A stretch of 64,000 nt of DNA from Vicinamibacteria bacterium (GCA_035691285.1 DASSJI010000246.1:1047-65046), one strand, 5' to 3'; shown: positions 26,833-37,369, numbered from the stretch's first letter. Notes: generated by a model not told the origin, from the sequence alone. A program made the numbers and translations.

Positions 26833-28080
26833 ATGACGAGGCTTCCACGTCTGGCTGCTCTTGCGATCGTGTGCGGGTTGAGCTGGCCGAGCACGGCCCA
26901 GGCCAACGTCGTCACGTATTGGAACGAGGTCGCCAACCAGGCGGTCGCAGCGGCCGTGGTGGGGCGCCCCGGCCCGCCCGGCCTGCTGGACCTGGCCCTC
27001 GTCCATGCCGCCATGCACGACGCGGTGCAGGCGATCGACGGCCGCTACGAGCCCTACTTCGCATCCATCCCTGGCGCGGAGGGCTCGACGGAAGCCGCGG
27101 CTGCAGCGGCTGCCTATGGCGTGCTGGCGGGCCTCTACCCCTTGCAGCGGCCTGGCCCGACGGGGCTCGACCAGAAGTACGCAAACTACCTCGCGGCGAA
27201 CAGCCTCGGCGGGAACCCCGGGTTGGCCGTCGGAGATGAGGCCGCTGCCGCCCTCCTCACGCAGTACCGCCCGCTGATTCCCCTGCCCGCGTACCTCGGC
27301 GGGCCCGAGCCGGGGCAGTGGCGCCCGACGCCGCCGGCGAATGCGTCCGGCGCGTTCGAGTTCCTGCGCTACACCAAGCCCTTCACGCTGCTCCGCCCTT
27401 CACAGTTTCGGCCGGATCCGCCGCCGCCGCTGACGAGCGGCGATTACCTCCGCGACTACAACGAGGTCAAGGAGCTCGGCGCCCTGACCGGAAGCACTCG
27501 AACGGCCGCGCAGACCGACCAGGCCCACTTCTGGTCCGACAACTTCATCGCCCAATGGAACCGGGCGCTGCGGGCCATCGCCGAGGCGCACGTGCCGGAC
27601 ATCGGCGACAGCGCCCGGCTGTTCGCCCTCGCGAGCCTGGCGGCGGCCGACGCCGCGATCACCGCGTGGGAGAGCAAGTACCACTTCAGCTTCTGGCGGC
27701 CCATCACGGCGATCCGCGAAGGCGACGCGGACGGCAACGCCGAGACCGTGGGCGACCCCGCGTGGACATCCCTGATCGCCACGCCGCCTTATCCCGACTA
27801 CACCTCGGGCGCCAACAACCTCACGGGAGCGTTCACCAGGATCCTCGAGCTCTTCTTCGGGACCGACGAGTTCAGCTTCTCCGTCACCAGCAACGCCCCG
27901 CTCGCGGTTCAGAAGACACGCGACTTCGCCCGGTTCTCGCAGGCCGCGCAGGAGGTCGTCGAGGCCCGCGTCTACCTCGGCATCCACTTCCGCTTCGCGG
28001 ACACCGCGGCGCGGGCCCAGGGGCGCCGCGTCGCCCACTGGGCCTTCATGCGGTTCCTGCGGCCCGTGCCGGGCAGCTAG
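26833..28080 (+). CDS. Secreted PAP2-superfamily protein, vanadium-haloperoxidase / acid-phosphatase-like
   Basis: AGGAGG 7 nt before ATG. Signal peptide MTRLPRLAALAIVCGLSWPSTAQA. PAP2 motifs KYHFSFWRPITAIREGD, PDYTSGAN and EARVYLGIHFRFAD are present. Confidence 0.7.
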   Translation: MTRLPRLAALAIVCGLSWPSTAQANVVTYWNEVANQAVAAAVVGRPGPPGLLDLALVHAAMHDAVQAIDGRYEPYFASIPGAEGSTEAAAAAAAYGVLAGLYPLQRPGPTGLDQKYANYLAANSLGGNPGLAVGDEAAAALLTQYRPLIPLPAYLGGPEPGQWRPTPPANASGAFEFLRYTKPFTLLRPSQFRPDPPPPLTSGDYLRDYNEVKELGALTGSTRTAAQTDQAHFWSDNFIAQWNRALRAIAEAHVPDIGDSARLFALASLAAADAAITAWESKYHFSFWRPITAIREGDADGNAETVGDPAWTSLIATPPYPDYTSGANNLTGAFTRILELFFGTDEFSFSVTSNAPLAVQKTRDFARFSQAAQEVVEARVYLGIHFRFADTAARAQGRRVAHWAFMRFLRPVPGS

Positions 28081-28092
28081 AGCGGCGGAAGG

Positions 28093-28124
28093 CCGCGTCG
28101 GTCGGCCGGATGCCGGCCGACGCG
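28093..28124. terminator. GC-rich imperfect hairpin between convergent genes (candidate bidirectional terminator)
   Basis: The sequence ccgcgtcggtcggccgg-atg-ccggccgacgcgg lies in the 125-bp gap between the PAP2 gene and coxL. Confidence 0.3.
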
Positions 28125-28205
28125 GTCCGTCTCGCAAGCTCGGCGCGCCGGGCGAGCCCTGGGCCTCGCACGCCAGCCCGGCAACATCGTCACGCTCTCG
28201 TACCG

Positions 28206-30578
28206 CTACTCCGCCACCCCCTTCTCCTTGAGGATGCGCCACACCTTCTCCGGCGTCATCGGGATGTCGATGTGCGTCACGCCGAGGTGCGAGAGCGCGT
28301 CCACGACGGCGTTGACGATGGCCGGCGGCGCGCCGACCGTCGCCGACTCGCCGACGCCCTTGGCCCCGAAGGGATGGTGGGGCGACGGCGTGACCGTGTG
28401 GGCCGTCTCCCACTTCGGCGTCTCGACCGCGGTCGGCAGCAGGTAGTCCATGAAGCTGCCGCCCTGCACGTTGCCGTTCTCGTCGTAGCTGATCTCCTCG
28501 AGCAGCGCGGGCGCCATCCCCATGGTGAGGCCGCCGTGGACCTGGCCCTGGACGATCATCGGGTTGATGATGTTTCCGCAGTCGTCCACGGACACGAAGC
28601 GCCGGATCTTCACCTCGCCCGTGCCCCGGTCGAGGTCCACGACGCAGACATAGCTGCCGAAGGGGAAGGTCAGGTTCGGAGGGTCGTAGTAGTGGGTCGC
28701 TTCGAGCCCCGCCTCCATGCCCTGCGGATGGTTGGTGTACGCGGCGAAGGCGATCTCCTGGATCGTCTTGCTCTTCTGGGGCGCGCCCTTGACCGAGAAC
28801 TTCCCGGGCTCCCAGACGAGGTCCTCCTCGCGGACCTCGAGCAGGTGGGCCGCGATCTTGCGCGCCTTGTCCCGCACCTTGCGCGCCGCCATGGCGCCCG
28901 CCGCGCCCGCGGTGGGCGTCGAGCGGCTGGCGTAGGTGCCGAGGCCGTAGGGCGCCGTGTCGGTGTCCCCCTCCTCGACCTGGACGTGGGCCGCGGGGAT
29001 GCCCAGCTCCTCCGCGACGATCTGCGCGTAGGTCGTCTCGTGGCCCTGGCCCTGTGACTTGGTGCCGAAGCGGGCGATCGCCTTGCCCGTGGGGTGCACG
29101 CGCAGCTCGCAGGAGTCGAACATCTTGATGCCCAGGATGTCGAACTGCTTCGAGGGCCCGGCTCCGACGATCTCGGTGAAGCTCGAGATGCCGATCCCCA
29201 TCAGCTCGCCGCGCTTGCGCTTCTCCGCCTGCTCCTTGCGCAGCTCGGCGTAGCCGATGATGTCCATGGCCTTCTTCAAGGCCCCCGCGTAGTTCCCGCT
29301 GTCGTACTCCCATCCCAGCGCCGACTTGTAGGGGAACTTCTCGGGAGGAATGAAGTTCCGGAAGCGGAACTCCGCGGGATCCGTCTTGAGCTTCTGCGCG
29401 AGCACGTCGGTCATGCGCTCGATGGCGTGGACCGCTTCCGTGACGCGGAACGAGCAGCGGTAGGCGATGCCTCCGGGCGGCTTGTTGGTGTAGACGCCGT
29501 CCACCTCAGCGAAGGCGTGCTTCAGGTCGTAGGAGCCGGTGCAGATCGAGAACAGCCCGGCCGGGAACTTGGAGGGGTTGGCCGCTGCGTCGGCGTACCC
29601 GTGATCCGCCAGCGTCTTGATCCGCAGGGCCGTGATGCGGCCGTCCTTGTCCGCCGCCAGTTCCGCGTCGATGTGGTAGTCCCGGGCGAAGGAGTCGGCC
29701 TGCAGGTTCTCCATCCGGTCCTCGATCCACTTCACGGGCAGCCCCGTCACGACCGAGGCCGCCACGGCGATCACGTAACCGGGATAGACCGGGACCTTGC
29801 CGCCGAAGCCGCCGCCGATGTCCGGGGAGATGATGCGGATCTTCTCCTCCGAGAGCCCGACATGGCCCGCGACCAGCGCGAAGACCGTGCGGATCGCGTG
29901 GGGCGCCTGCGTGGTCATCCACACGGTCAGCTTGCCCTGGGCCTTGTCGAACGACGCGACGCAGCCGCAGGTCTCGATGGAGGCCACGTGGATGCGCGGG
30001 ATGTAGATGCGCTCCTTCACGACGGCGGCGGCCTCCCGGATCGCCTTGTCCGTCGCCGCGCGATCCCCCGCCTCCCAATGGAAGATCCGGTTGTCCTTCT
30101 TGTCGGGCTTGTCGGTGCGCAGCACCGGCGCGCCCGGCTCGATGGCCTTCCAGGGATCCACCACGACGGGCAGCGGCTCGTACTCCACCTCGACGGCGGC
30201 GACGCCGTCGGCGGCCGCGTAACGGTCGGTGGCGATCACGGCCGCCACCTCCTGCGCCTGATACATGACCTTCTCGGTGGGCAGGACCATCTGGGTGTCG
30301 GACATCAGGGTCGGCATCCAGTGCAGCTTGTACTGCGCCAGCGTCTCGCCGGTGATGACCGCGGCCACGCCGGGCACCTTGAGGGCGGCCGCGGTGTCGA
30401 TCTTCTTGATTCTCGCGTGGGCGTACGGGCTGCGCACGATGTCCATGTGGACCATGCCGGGCAGGGAGACGTCGTCCACGTAGTTGCCCTGGCCGCGGAT
30501 GAAGCGCGGGTCCTCCTTGCGCTTCATGGAGTGGCCCATGCCGCAGACCTCGGGGCTGGTGCGAGGCGTCGTGCTCAT
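28206..30578 (-). CDS. coxL: Aerobic carbon-monoxide dehydrogenase large subunit, form I (molybdopterin subunit)
   Basis: 790 aa starting [11 protein letters not shown].... The active-site loop [13 protein letters not shown] carries the form-I AYRCSFR signature. The ATG overlaps the coxS stop (ATGA). Confidence 0.9.
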   Translation of the reverse strand: MSTTPRTSPEVCGMGHSMKRKEDPRFIRGQGNYVDDVSLPGMVHMDIVRSPYAHARIKKIDTAAALKVPGVAAVITGETLAQYKLHWMPTLMSDTQMVLPTEKVMYQAQEVAAVIATDRYAAADGVAAVEVEYEPLPVVVDPWKAIEPGAPVLRTDKPDKKDNRIFHWEAGDRAATDKAIREAAAVVKERIYIPRIHVASIETCGCVASFDKAQGKLTVWMTTQAPHAIRTVFALVAGHVGLSEEKIRIISPDIGGGFGGKVPVYPGYVIAVAASVVTGLPVKWIEDRMENLQADSFARDYHIDAELAADKDGRITALRIKTLADHGYADAAANPSKFPAGLFSICTGSYDLKHAFAEVDGVYTNKPPGGIAYRCSFRVTEAVHAIERMTDVLAQKLKTDPAEFRFRNFIPPEKFPYKSALGWEYDSGNYAGALKKAMDIIGYAELRKEQAEKRKRGELMGIGISSFTEIVGAGPSKQFDILGIKMFDSCELRVHPTGKAIARFGTKSQGQGHETTYAQIVAEELGIPAAHVQVEEGDTDTAPYGLGTYASRSTPTAGAAGAMAARKVRDKARKIAAHLLEVREEDLVWEPGKFSVKGAPQKSKTIQEIAFAAYTNHPQGMEAGLEATHYYDPPNLTFPFGSYVCVVDLDRGTGEVKIRRFVSVDDCGNIINPMIVQGQVHGGLTMGMAPALLEEISYDENGNVQGGSFMDYLLPTAVETPKWETAHTVTPSPHHPFGAKGVGESATVGAPPAIVNAVVDALSHLGVTHIDIPMTPEKVWRILKEKGVAE

Positions 30579-31051
30579 GCTCCCTCCCGCTTTCCGGCCG
30601 CGTGCTGCACGGCCTTGACGATGTTGACGTAGCCCGTGCACCGGCACAGGTTCCCGGAGATCGCGTGTCGGATCTCGTCCTCGCTCGGCGCCGGGCTGCG
30701 GTCCAGCAGGGCGCGCCCGGTCATCATCATGCCGGGCGTGCAGTAGCCGCACTGCAGGCCGTGCTCCTGCATGAAGCCCTCCTGGATCGGGTCGAGCTTG
30801 CCGTCCTTCTCCAGCCCCTCGACCGTGCGGACCTCGCGCCCGTCGGCCTGCACCGCCAGCACCGTGCAGGACTTCACCGGCACGCCGTCGAGGAGCACCG
30901 TGCACGCCCCGCAGTGGGTGGTGTCGCAGCCGATGTGGGTGCCGGTGAGGCGGAAGCCCTCACGCAGCAGGTGGACGAGCAGCAGGCGGGACTCCACGCT
31001 GGCCTCCCGCGGGGCGCCGTTGACCGTGAGCTTGATCGCGTGCTTCGCCAT
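30575..31051 (-). CDS. coxS: CO dehydrogenase small subunit ([2Fe-2S])
   Basis: [20 protein letters not shown] and CRCTGY motifs; 158 aa. Confidence 0.9.
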   Translation of the reverse strand: MAKHAIKLTVNGAPREASVESRLLLVHLLREGFRLTGTHIGCDTTHCGACTVLLDGVPVKSCTVLAVQADGREVRTVEGLEKDGKLDPIQEGFMQEHGLQCGYCTPGMMMTGRALLDRSPAPSEDEIRHAISGNLCRCTGYVNIVKAVQHAAGKREGA

Positions 31052-31053
31052 GG

Positions 31054-31923
31054 CTACCTTCCCTCCGCGCGCCGGGCCGCGAGGCGGAGCGCCCGGACCG
31101 TCAGGACGCGGGCCATCTCCCGCTTGTACTCCACCGATCCGCGCCGATCGGCGCTGGGGCTCGCCGCCGCCGCCGCCAGGCGTCCGGCCTCGGCGAACGC
31201 ATCCTCCGTGGCTCTCTTGCCGGCCAGGGCCTTCTCCGCGTCGCGGGCCTTGACCGGCGTCGGGCCGAGGTTCGTGAGGCCGATGCCGGCCCGCTCGATC
31301 GTCCCGCCCTTCGAGACGAGGAAGGCCGCGGCCCCGGCGGTCGCGAAGTCCCCCACCTTGCGCTCCAGCTTCACGTACGCGCCGCCGCTGCCGGCGGGCG
31401 GGACCGGGATGCGGATCTCGCTCAGCACCTCCGTGGGCCGGAGGGCGGTCGCGAACAGGCCCGTGAAGAACTCCGCCACGGGCACCGTGCGCGACCCCTT
31501 CGCACCGGTCAGGACCACCTCGGCGCCGAGGGCCAGCATCGTGGCGGGGTGGTCGTTGGCGGGATCGCCGTGGGCCAGGTTGCCGCAGACCGTCGCCAGG
31601 TTCCGGACCAGCGGGTCCGCCACGACGGATGCGGTGTCCACGAGGATCGGGTACTTCGAGCGCACGAGCGCAGAGCTCTCCAGGGCGGACTCGCGCACGA
31701 GCGCCCCGATCCGCAGGAACCCGCCCTCTTCATTGATGTAGTCGAGCCCGGGAATGCGCCCGATGTCGACGAGGTGCGCGGGCTGCGCCAGCCGCAGCTT
31801 CAGCAGGGGCAGCAGGCTCTGCCCCCCCGAGAGGATCTTGGCGTCCTCGCCCAGGCGGCCCAGAAGCTCGAGGGCTTCGGGCAGCGTCTTCGGCGAGTGA
31901 TAGTCGAAGGGCGGAGGAATCAT
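31054..31923 (-). CDS. coxM: CO dehydrogenase medium subunit (FAD-binding)
   Basis: [21 protein letters not shown]...[13 protein letters not shown]-binding fold; 289 aa; AGGAG upstream. Confidence 0.9.
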   Translation of the reverse strand: MIPPPFDYHSPKTLPEALELLGRLGEDAKILSGGQSLLPLLKLRLAQPAHLVDIGRIPGLDYINEEGGFLRIGALVRESALESSALVRSKYPILVDTASVVADPLVRNLATVCGNLAHGDPANDHPATMLALGAEVVLTGAKGSRTVPVAEFFTGLFATALRPTEVLSEIRIPVPPAGSGGAYVKLERKVGDFATAGAAAFLVSKGGTIERAGIGLTNLGPTPVKARDAEKALAGKRATEDAFAEAGRLAAAAASPSADRRGSVEYKREMARVLTVRALRLAARRAEGR

Positions 31924-31951
31924 CGCTCTGGCTCCTTTCGCTCGGACACGC

Positions 31952-32596
31952 TCATCGGGACCACAACCACCAGACGAGGAGCAGCACGGCTGCGAAGGCC
32001 GCCCAAACGCCGGGCCGGCCGAGCGCGCGCCCGGCCGCGCGGCCGAGGACCCGCGTGCCGAACGAGACGACCTCGATCGGCGGCGCTGCAGCCGGTTCCG
32101 GGGCCGACGCCGACGCCCGGGCGCTCGCCTCGGGCGCGGCCTCCTGCTCCAGCTCGGCGCGCACGGCCTCGGTGAAGCGCTGGAACATCTGGTTCGACAC
32201 GTCCTGGATCATTCCGCGTCCGAACTGCGCCAGGATCCCGGTGACGCTCGTCTCGGACACGATGCTGACCTCGGTCTGTCCCGGCGCCGTCTCCACCAGG
32301 CGGCTGCTCATCCTCAGCTCGGCGCCTCCGCGGCCGGTCACGTCCTGCGCCGAGCCGGTCATCTCCATGGTGCGTGCGACCGCATCGAGGGAGTCGAACC
32401 GCGCGGTGCCCTTGTAGCGCGCCGCCACCGGGCCCACCTTGACGGTGATCGTGCCCTTGAAGGTCCGCTCGTCCACCTTCTCGGTCACCGCCGCGCCCGG
32501 CAGTGCAGGCGCCACGCGGAATGGATCGCTCAGGTACGCCCAGACGCGCTCGGCGGGCGCCTTGACCGTGAACACGTGCTCGAAGCGCAGGCCCAT
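31952..32596 (-). CDS. coxG: CoxG-family SRPBCC protein (CO dehydrogenase accessory)
   Basis: MGLRFEHVFTVKAPAERVWAYLSDP...VGPVAARYKG with a C-terminal hydrophobic anchor. Lies between coxE and coxM. Confidence 0.75.
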   Translation of the reverse strand: MGLRFEHVFTVKAPAERVWAYLSDPFRVAPALPGAAVTEKVDERTFKGTITVKVGPVAARYKGTARFDSLDAVARTMEMTGSAQDVTGRGGAELRMSSRLVETAPGQTEVSIVSETSVTGILAQFGRGMIQDVSNQMFQRFTEAVRAELEQEAAPEASARASASAPEPAAAPPIEVVSFGTRVLGRAAGRALGRPGVWAAFAAVLLLVWWLWSR

Positions 32597-33715
32597 TCAG
32601 CAGCCCAGACCGGCCACGACCCGCTCGAGCGAGGCCAGGTCGTGGGCCGAGGCGAAGTCATCGACGAAGGGCAGCGCCGCCTGCATGCCTGCGGCCGTGG
32701 GCTCGTAGCGCGCGTCGCCCAGCAGCGGGTTCAGCCAGATCAGCCGGTGCGCCCGGCGCGCGATGACCTGCACCGAGTCGGTGAGCAGGCGCACGTCTCC
32801 CTGGTCCAGCCCGTCGCTCAGGATGACCACGACGGTCCGGGGGTCGACGCGGGCGAGGTGGCGGCGCACGAAGCCGTCCAGGCAAGCGCCGATGCGCGTC
32901 CCGCCCGACCAGTCGGGCACGTCCTCCAGGAGCCTCGCGATGTCGAGGCGCCGCCCTCCCGTGGCGAGCGAAGGCGTGAGGCGCACCAGCTCGGTGTTGA
33001 ACGCGAAGACCTCGGCGCCCGGCACCGCACGCCGCACGCACGCGAGGAAGGCGAGCAGGAACCGGCTGCAGGCCTCCATCGAGCCGCTCGTGTCCACGAG
33101 GAACACGAGCCGGGGCCGCTCCCTGGCCGGCGCGCGCCGCGCCAGGGACAGGAGCTCGCCGGCCGTGCGCAGCGACCGCCGATAGCTCGCGCGCAGGTCG
33201 GCGCGGCCGCGGCCGCGGGTCGGCACGAGTCGGCGGCTCCGCCGCCTGGCGAGCCGGCGGGCGAGCCGCGCGAGCAGGCGCTCCAGCGCGACCAGCTCTC
33301 GCGCCGACCACGGGCTCTCGAACGGCTTGCGCCGCAGCGCGGCGTCCGGGCTGTAGCCGGGCTGCTCGCCGGCGGCCTGAGCGGCGGGCGGCTCCCCGAG
33401 CCGCCGCGTGTCGGGGTCCCAGCGCAGCGCACCCGGTGGGGGTGAGGCCGCTCCGCGCGGAGGATGCCGCGGCGCCGCGACTTCGGGAGGAGGCGCCTCA
33501 TCCCAGAACACACCGAAGAGCCTCTCGAAGAGGGCGAAGGCCTCCGGAGGGATCCGCAGGGCGATGCGCAGGGCCAGTTTCACCTCGCCGCGATCCTCGC
33601 CGTCGACGAGGCCCAAAGCCTCGGCGGCATCCAGCTCGTCGCGCAGGCTGGTTCCCGCTCCCTGTGCTCGCAGGGCGCGCCCCAGGCGAGCCAGGCGCTC
33701 CGCGGCATCCCTCAC
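32597..33715 (-). CDS. coxE: CoxE-family VWA-domain protein
   Basis: C-terminal VWA with MIDAS motif VFLVDTSGSM and ILSDGLD. The GTG start overlaps the coxD stop (GTGA). The upstream 230 codons of the ORF-track entry are antisense artefact. Confidence 0.8.
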   Translation of the reverse strand: MRDAAERLARLGRALRAQGAGTSLRDELDAAEALGLVDGEDRGEVKLALRIALRIPPEAFALFERLFGVFWDEAPPPEVAAPRHPPRGAASPPPGALRWDPDTRRLGEPPAAQAAGEQPGYSPDAALRRKPFESPWSARELVALERLLARLARRLARRRSRRLVPTRGRGRADLRASYRRSLRTAGELLSLARRAPARERPRLVFLVDTSGSMEACSRFLLAFLACVRRAVPGAEVFAFNTELVRLTPSLATGGRRLDIARLLEDVPDWSGGTRIGACLDGFVRRHLARVDPRTVVVILSDGLDQGDVRLLTDSVQVIARRAHRLIWLNPLLGDARYEPTAAGMQAALPFVDDFASAHDLASLERVVAGLGC

Positions 33716-34605
33716 GGCTGCGCTTCCTCCTGGGCCCGCGACAGCAGCGACGCGAGCTCCGAGGGCGTGACCGCCGCCAGATCCTGACGGTCCTTCAGCA
33801 GGCATCCCAGCGTCTGGCTGACCAGCTCGGCCTCCAGGGCGCCGCTCCGCAGCTTCACGAGGGCCCGCGTCCAGTCGAGGGTCTCGGCAACGCCGGGCGG
33901 CTTCACGAGCGGCCGCTCGCGCAGCGCCTGGAGGAAGCGGCCGACCTCGCGCGAGAGCCGCTCTCCCGCTTCGGGGCAGCGCGTGCGGATGATGCGCACC
34001 TCCTTCTCCAGGCTGGGGTGCTCGATGTAGAGGTACAGGCACCGCCGACGCAGCGCGTCCCCCAGCTCGCGCGTGCGGTTCGACGTCAGCACGACCTGGG
34101 GCGGCTCCTCGGCCCGGATCGTCCCGATCTCCGGGATCGTGACCTGGAAGTCGGACAGGAGCTCCAGCAGGAAGGCCTCGAAGCCGTCGTCCGCCCGGTC
34201 GATCTCGTCGATGAGCAGGACCGGCGCCTTGCCCGTGTGGGCGATGGCCTTGAGCAGCGGTCGCTCGAGCAGGTATTCCCGGCTGAAGATGCGGTGCTCC
34301 AGGTCCGCGGGCGCCTCGCCGCGCAGGTCGGCGATCCGGAGGCGCAGGATCTGGCGCGAGTAGTCCCACTCGTAGAGGGCGGTCTGGACGTCGAGCCCTT
34401 CGTAGCACTGGAGCCGGATCAGCTCGGTCGACAGGAGCCGCGAGAGGACCTTCGCCAGCTCCGTCTTCCCCACGCCGGCGTCGCCTTCGATCAGCAGGGG
34501 CTTGCCGAGCCCCCGTGCGAGGAACACGGCCGTGGCGATCGGAGCGTCGGCGATGTAGCCCTCCGCCTCGAGGCCGGCGAGCACGTCCCGGATCTCGGCG
34601 TTCAC
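33712..34605 (-). CDS. coxD: MoxR-type AAA+ ATPase CoxD
   Basis: Walker A GDAGVGKTELAK, Walker B LLIDEIDRAD and sensor motifs; 297 aa; GTG start VNAEIRDVLAG. Confidence 0.85.
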   Translation of the reverse strand: MNAEIRDVLAGLEAEGYIADAPIATAVFLARGLGKPLLIEGDAGVGKTELAKVLSRLLSTELIRLQCYEGLDVQTALYEWDYSRQILRLRIADLRGEAPADLEHRIFSREYLLERPLLKAIAHTGKAPVLLIDEIDRADDGFEAFLLELLSDFQVTIPEIGTIRAEEPPQVVLTSNRTRELGDALRRRCLYLYIEHPSLEKEVRIIRTRCPEAGERLSREVGRFLQALRERPLVKPPGVAETLDWTRALVKLRSGALEAELVSQTLGCLLKDRQDLAAVTPSELASLLSRAQEEAQP

Positions 34606-35576
34606 GGGCGCGCCGGCGCCTCCAGGTAGCGAACGGGATCGGCGACGAAGCGCTCCCTGCAGCCGGCGCAGCAGAAGTAGAAGTCGCGTCCTTCGTGCCG
34701 GGCCTGGTGGCGTGCGCCGTCCACGCGCACGGTCATGCCGCACACGGGGTCGCGGGCCTCGGCGGCCGCCGGCGCGGCTTCGCCCCGCGCCGGCCGGGCT
34801 GCCTGGCGCCGCAGCGTGACGACCTCGGCGAGGATGCTGAGCGCGATCTCCTCGGGCAGGCGCGCGCCGAGGTCGAGCCCGGCCGGGTTCCGGACCTGCG
34901 CGAGCTCCGCCTCGGGCGCCTTCGTGGCCAGGGCCGCCCGCATCTGCGCGAAGCGCGTCGGGCTCGCCACCACGCCGAGGTAGTCGGGCTTCTGGGTCAG
35001 GGCGGCCAGCACCGCATCTTCGTCCCACTGTCCCTGGGTCGCCACGACGGCGACCACCGGCGCGGACGTCCTGGCCAGACGGAGGTCCTCGGGCCGCCCG
35101 GCGAGCGACGCAGCGCCTGGAAAGGCTTCGGCGTCCGCCATGGGATCGACGGCGTGGACCGCGTAGCCCATCGCGTGGGCGAGCCGGGCCAGGGCGCGAG
35201 CCGTCGGCGACACGCCGAACACGAGCACGACCGGCGGCGGCAGCACGGGCTGGACGTGGATCTCCACCTTTCCTCCGCTGTGACAGGTCATCAGGTAGAC
35301 CGAGACGCCCGGCCGCTCCTTCGAGGCGGGGTCGGGGTCCAGCGCCACGAACCGCGGCCGGCCGTCCTCGATCGCGTTGCGCGCCTCGGCCAGCACGGTG
35401 TCCCGGGTGCAGCTCCCGCCCACCCATCCGTGCAGCTGGCCTGACCGCGTCACGAGGGCCATGTCGCCGACCTGCGCCGAGATCGGAGCCCGGCGTCCGA
35501 CGACCGTCGCCAGCGCGAACGGCTCGCCGCGCCGAGCGAGCTCGGCGGCCAAGTCGAGGATCTGGCGGTGCGTCAC
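34602..35576 (-). CDS. XdhC/CoxI-family molybdenum-cofactor insertion protein with C-terminal TRASH/YHS-like Cys motif
   Basis: XdhC_CoxI N- and C-terminal domains (FALATVVGRRAPISAQ..., VVLVFGVSP). The C-terminus carries DPVCGMTV...FCCAGC. Confidence 0.8.
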   Translation of the reverse strand: MTHRQILDLAAELARRGEPFALATVVGRRAPISAQVGDMALVTRSGQLHGWVGGSCTRDTVLAEARNAIEDGRPRFVALDPDPASKERPGVSVYLMTCHSGGKVEIHVQPVLPPPVVLVFGVSPTARALARLAHAMGYAVHAVDPMADAEAFPGAASLAGRPEDLRLARTSAPVVAVVATQGQWDEDAVLAALTQKPDYLGVVASPTRFAQMRAALATKAPEAELAQVRNPAGLDLGARLPEEIALSILAEVVTLRRQAARPARGEAAPAAAEARDPVCGMTVRVDGARHQARHEGRDFYFCCAGCRERFVADPVRYLEAPARP

Positions 35577-35611
35577 CTTCGGAGGAGTCTAGCGACAAGG
35601 GCGAGCCGCGA

Positions 35612-37369
35612 TCAAGGCGCGGCCGGCGCCGGCGGAAGCGTGAAGCAGAACGCGGAGCCGCGGCCCGGCCCCTCGGACTCCACCCAGATCCGTCCGCCGT
35701 GCAGCTCGACGATGCGCTTCACCAGCGCGAGACCCACGCCCGCGCCCTCCCCTTCCGGGTCGAGCTTGTCGAACAGCCCGAACACGCGCTCCTGGTCCCC
35801 GGCCGCGATGCCCGCGCCGTTGTCGCGCACGAACAGCACGGGCTCCGCTCCCTGCCGGCGGACGCCGATCTCGATGACGGGGTCCTTCTGGTCGCCCATG
35901 AACTTGACGGCATTGTCGAGCAGGTTCTGCACCACCTGGACGAGACGCGAGCGGTCTCCCCAGACCACCGGCAGGTCGTCCGCGATCCGCACCCGGGCCC
36001 CCCGCTGCTCGATCCGCCCGGCGACGAGGGAGGCCGCCTCCTCGGCCAGCTCCCCGAACGGCGTGGGGCGCGCCGGACCCACGAGGCGCCCGACCCGGGA
36101 AAGGGCGAGCAGCTCGTCGACCAGGCGCGCCATGCGCTCCGTCGCCCGCTCGATCCTGCGGATGCCCTCCCGGAGCTGCTCGTGGTTCCCCTCGAGGGCG
36201 TCGCGCTCCAGGAACGCGAGGAAGCCCCGCACCGTGACCAGCGGGCTCTTGAGGTCGTGGGACGCCGTGTACGTGAAGCGCTCGAGCTCGGCGTTCTTTG
36301 CCGCGAGCTCGCGGATCAGCGCCTCCCGCTCGGCCTCGGCCTGCTTGGCCTCGGTGACGTCCTTCACCGCCCCGTAGATGCCCGCCAGGCGGTTCTCGGC
36401 CTCGTTCCAGACGGGATGGCCGTAGACGCGGACCCAGCGCACGTCCCCGCTGCGCGTGATGGTCCGCACCTCCGTCACGACCGGGCGGTGCGCCTTGAGC
36501 GTCTCGAGATCCCGGTCGTCCTGCGCGTGGTCGTCGGGGTGGAGCGCGGTTCGCCATCCTCCCCGGGCCATGTACTCGTCGAAGCTGTAGCCCGTCATCT
36601 TCTCGAAGGCGCCCGCGACCCAGTCCTGGCGCACGCGTCCCGCGGCGTCCACCACCGAGGAGAAGGTGTAGTCGGAGGTGACCTCGGAGATGAGCCGGTA
36701 ACGCTCCTCGCTGCGCCGGGCGGCGCGCAGGCTCACGCGCAGATCCTCGGCGAGGAGGTGGACCATGGCCGCCGCCACGCACAGCATCAGCGCGGCCAGG
36801 AGGAAGTTGGCGAGGATGCGAGGCCGCGCCGCCTCGTCCGCGAGCCGCACGAAGCCCCGGGCCTGGCCCCAGGCGACGAACCCCAGCGAGAGCAGGGCCA
36901 GGACGGTCAGGAGCACGAAGGGGCGCCGCTCGAGGAGCAGTGCGGCGACGAGCAGGATCACCGGGTAGAGCAGCACGGCGATGTCCTGCAGCCCGCTGCC
37001 CTGGACGAGAAGCCAGGTGGCGAGGGCGAGCAGCGCCGGAGGCAGGACGAAGCTGGCCGTGTAGACACGACCGCGTCGCGGCAGGCGCCAGAGGAGGAAC
37101 ATGGGGAGCGTGGCCACCGCGACCGCGATGGCCGCCCTCGATCCCAGAAGCCACGTGATCAGGCTGCCCGCCGCCAGCGCCGGGAGCAGGAGGCCGAGCA
37201 CGAGGCGCAGGTTGCGGGCGAGGTGCTCCCGTTCCTCCGGCGTGAGCGGCTGCGGCACGAACAGGCTGCGGATCCGATCCAGCAGTGAGCGCCTCGCTGG
37301 CCGCGAGGATACCTCAGCGGCCAGCCGCCCGCCGGACCTCGTCAGCGACTGCGTCCACCGCCCTCGCAA
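35612..37369 (-). CDS. Membrane-bound PAS sensor histidine kinase
   Basis: Multiple TM helices, then PAS (RLISEVTSDYTF...), HisKA (ASHDLKSPL) and HATPase (DNAVKF, DNGAGI, GVGLALV). The start is uncertain: TTG at 37369 overlaps the protease gene by 56 bp; an alternative GTG is at 37258. Confidence 0.8.
   Translation of the reverse strand: MRGRWTQSLTRSGGRLAAEVSSRPARRSLLDRIRSLFVPQPLTPEEREHLARNLRLVLGLLLPALAAGSLITWLLGSRAAIAVAVATLPMFLLWRLPRRGRVYTASFVLPPALLALATWLLVQGSGLQDIAVLLYPVILLVAALLLERRPFVLLTVLALLSLGFVAWGQARGFVRLADEAARPRILANFLLAALMLCVAAAMVHLLAEDLRVSLRAARRSEERYRLISEVTSDYTFSSVVDAAGRVRQDWVAGAFEKMTGYSFDEYMARGGWRTALHPDDHAQDDRDLETLKAHRPVVTEVRTITRSGDVRWVRVYGHPVWNEAENRLAGIYGAVKDVTEAKQAEAEREALIRELAAKNAELERFTYTASHDLKSPLVTVRGFLAFLERDALEGNHEQLREGIRRIERATERMARLVDELLALSRVGRLVGPARPTPFGELAEEAASLVAGRIEQRGARVRIADDLPVVWGDRSRLVQVVQNLLDNAVKFMGDQKDPVIEIGVRRQGAEPVLFVRDNGAGIAAGDQERVFGLFDKLDPEGEGAGVGLALVKRIVELHGGRIWVESEGPGRGSAFCFTLPPAPAAP

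Noticed and set aside
33716-34408. N-terminal 230 codons of ORF 32597..34408 and N-terminal 330 codons of ORF 33712..35598
   Set aside because: Low-complexity R/G/P-rich translations overlapping better-supported coxD and xdhC genes in other frames. Starts were chosen where the CoxE and CoxD family similarity begins and where GTGA coupling occurs.
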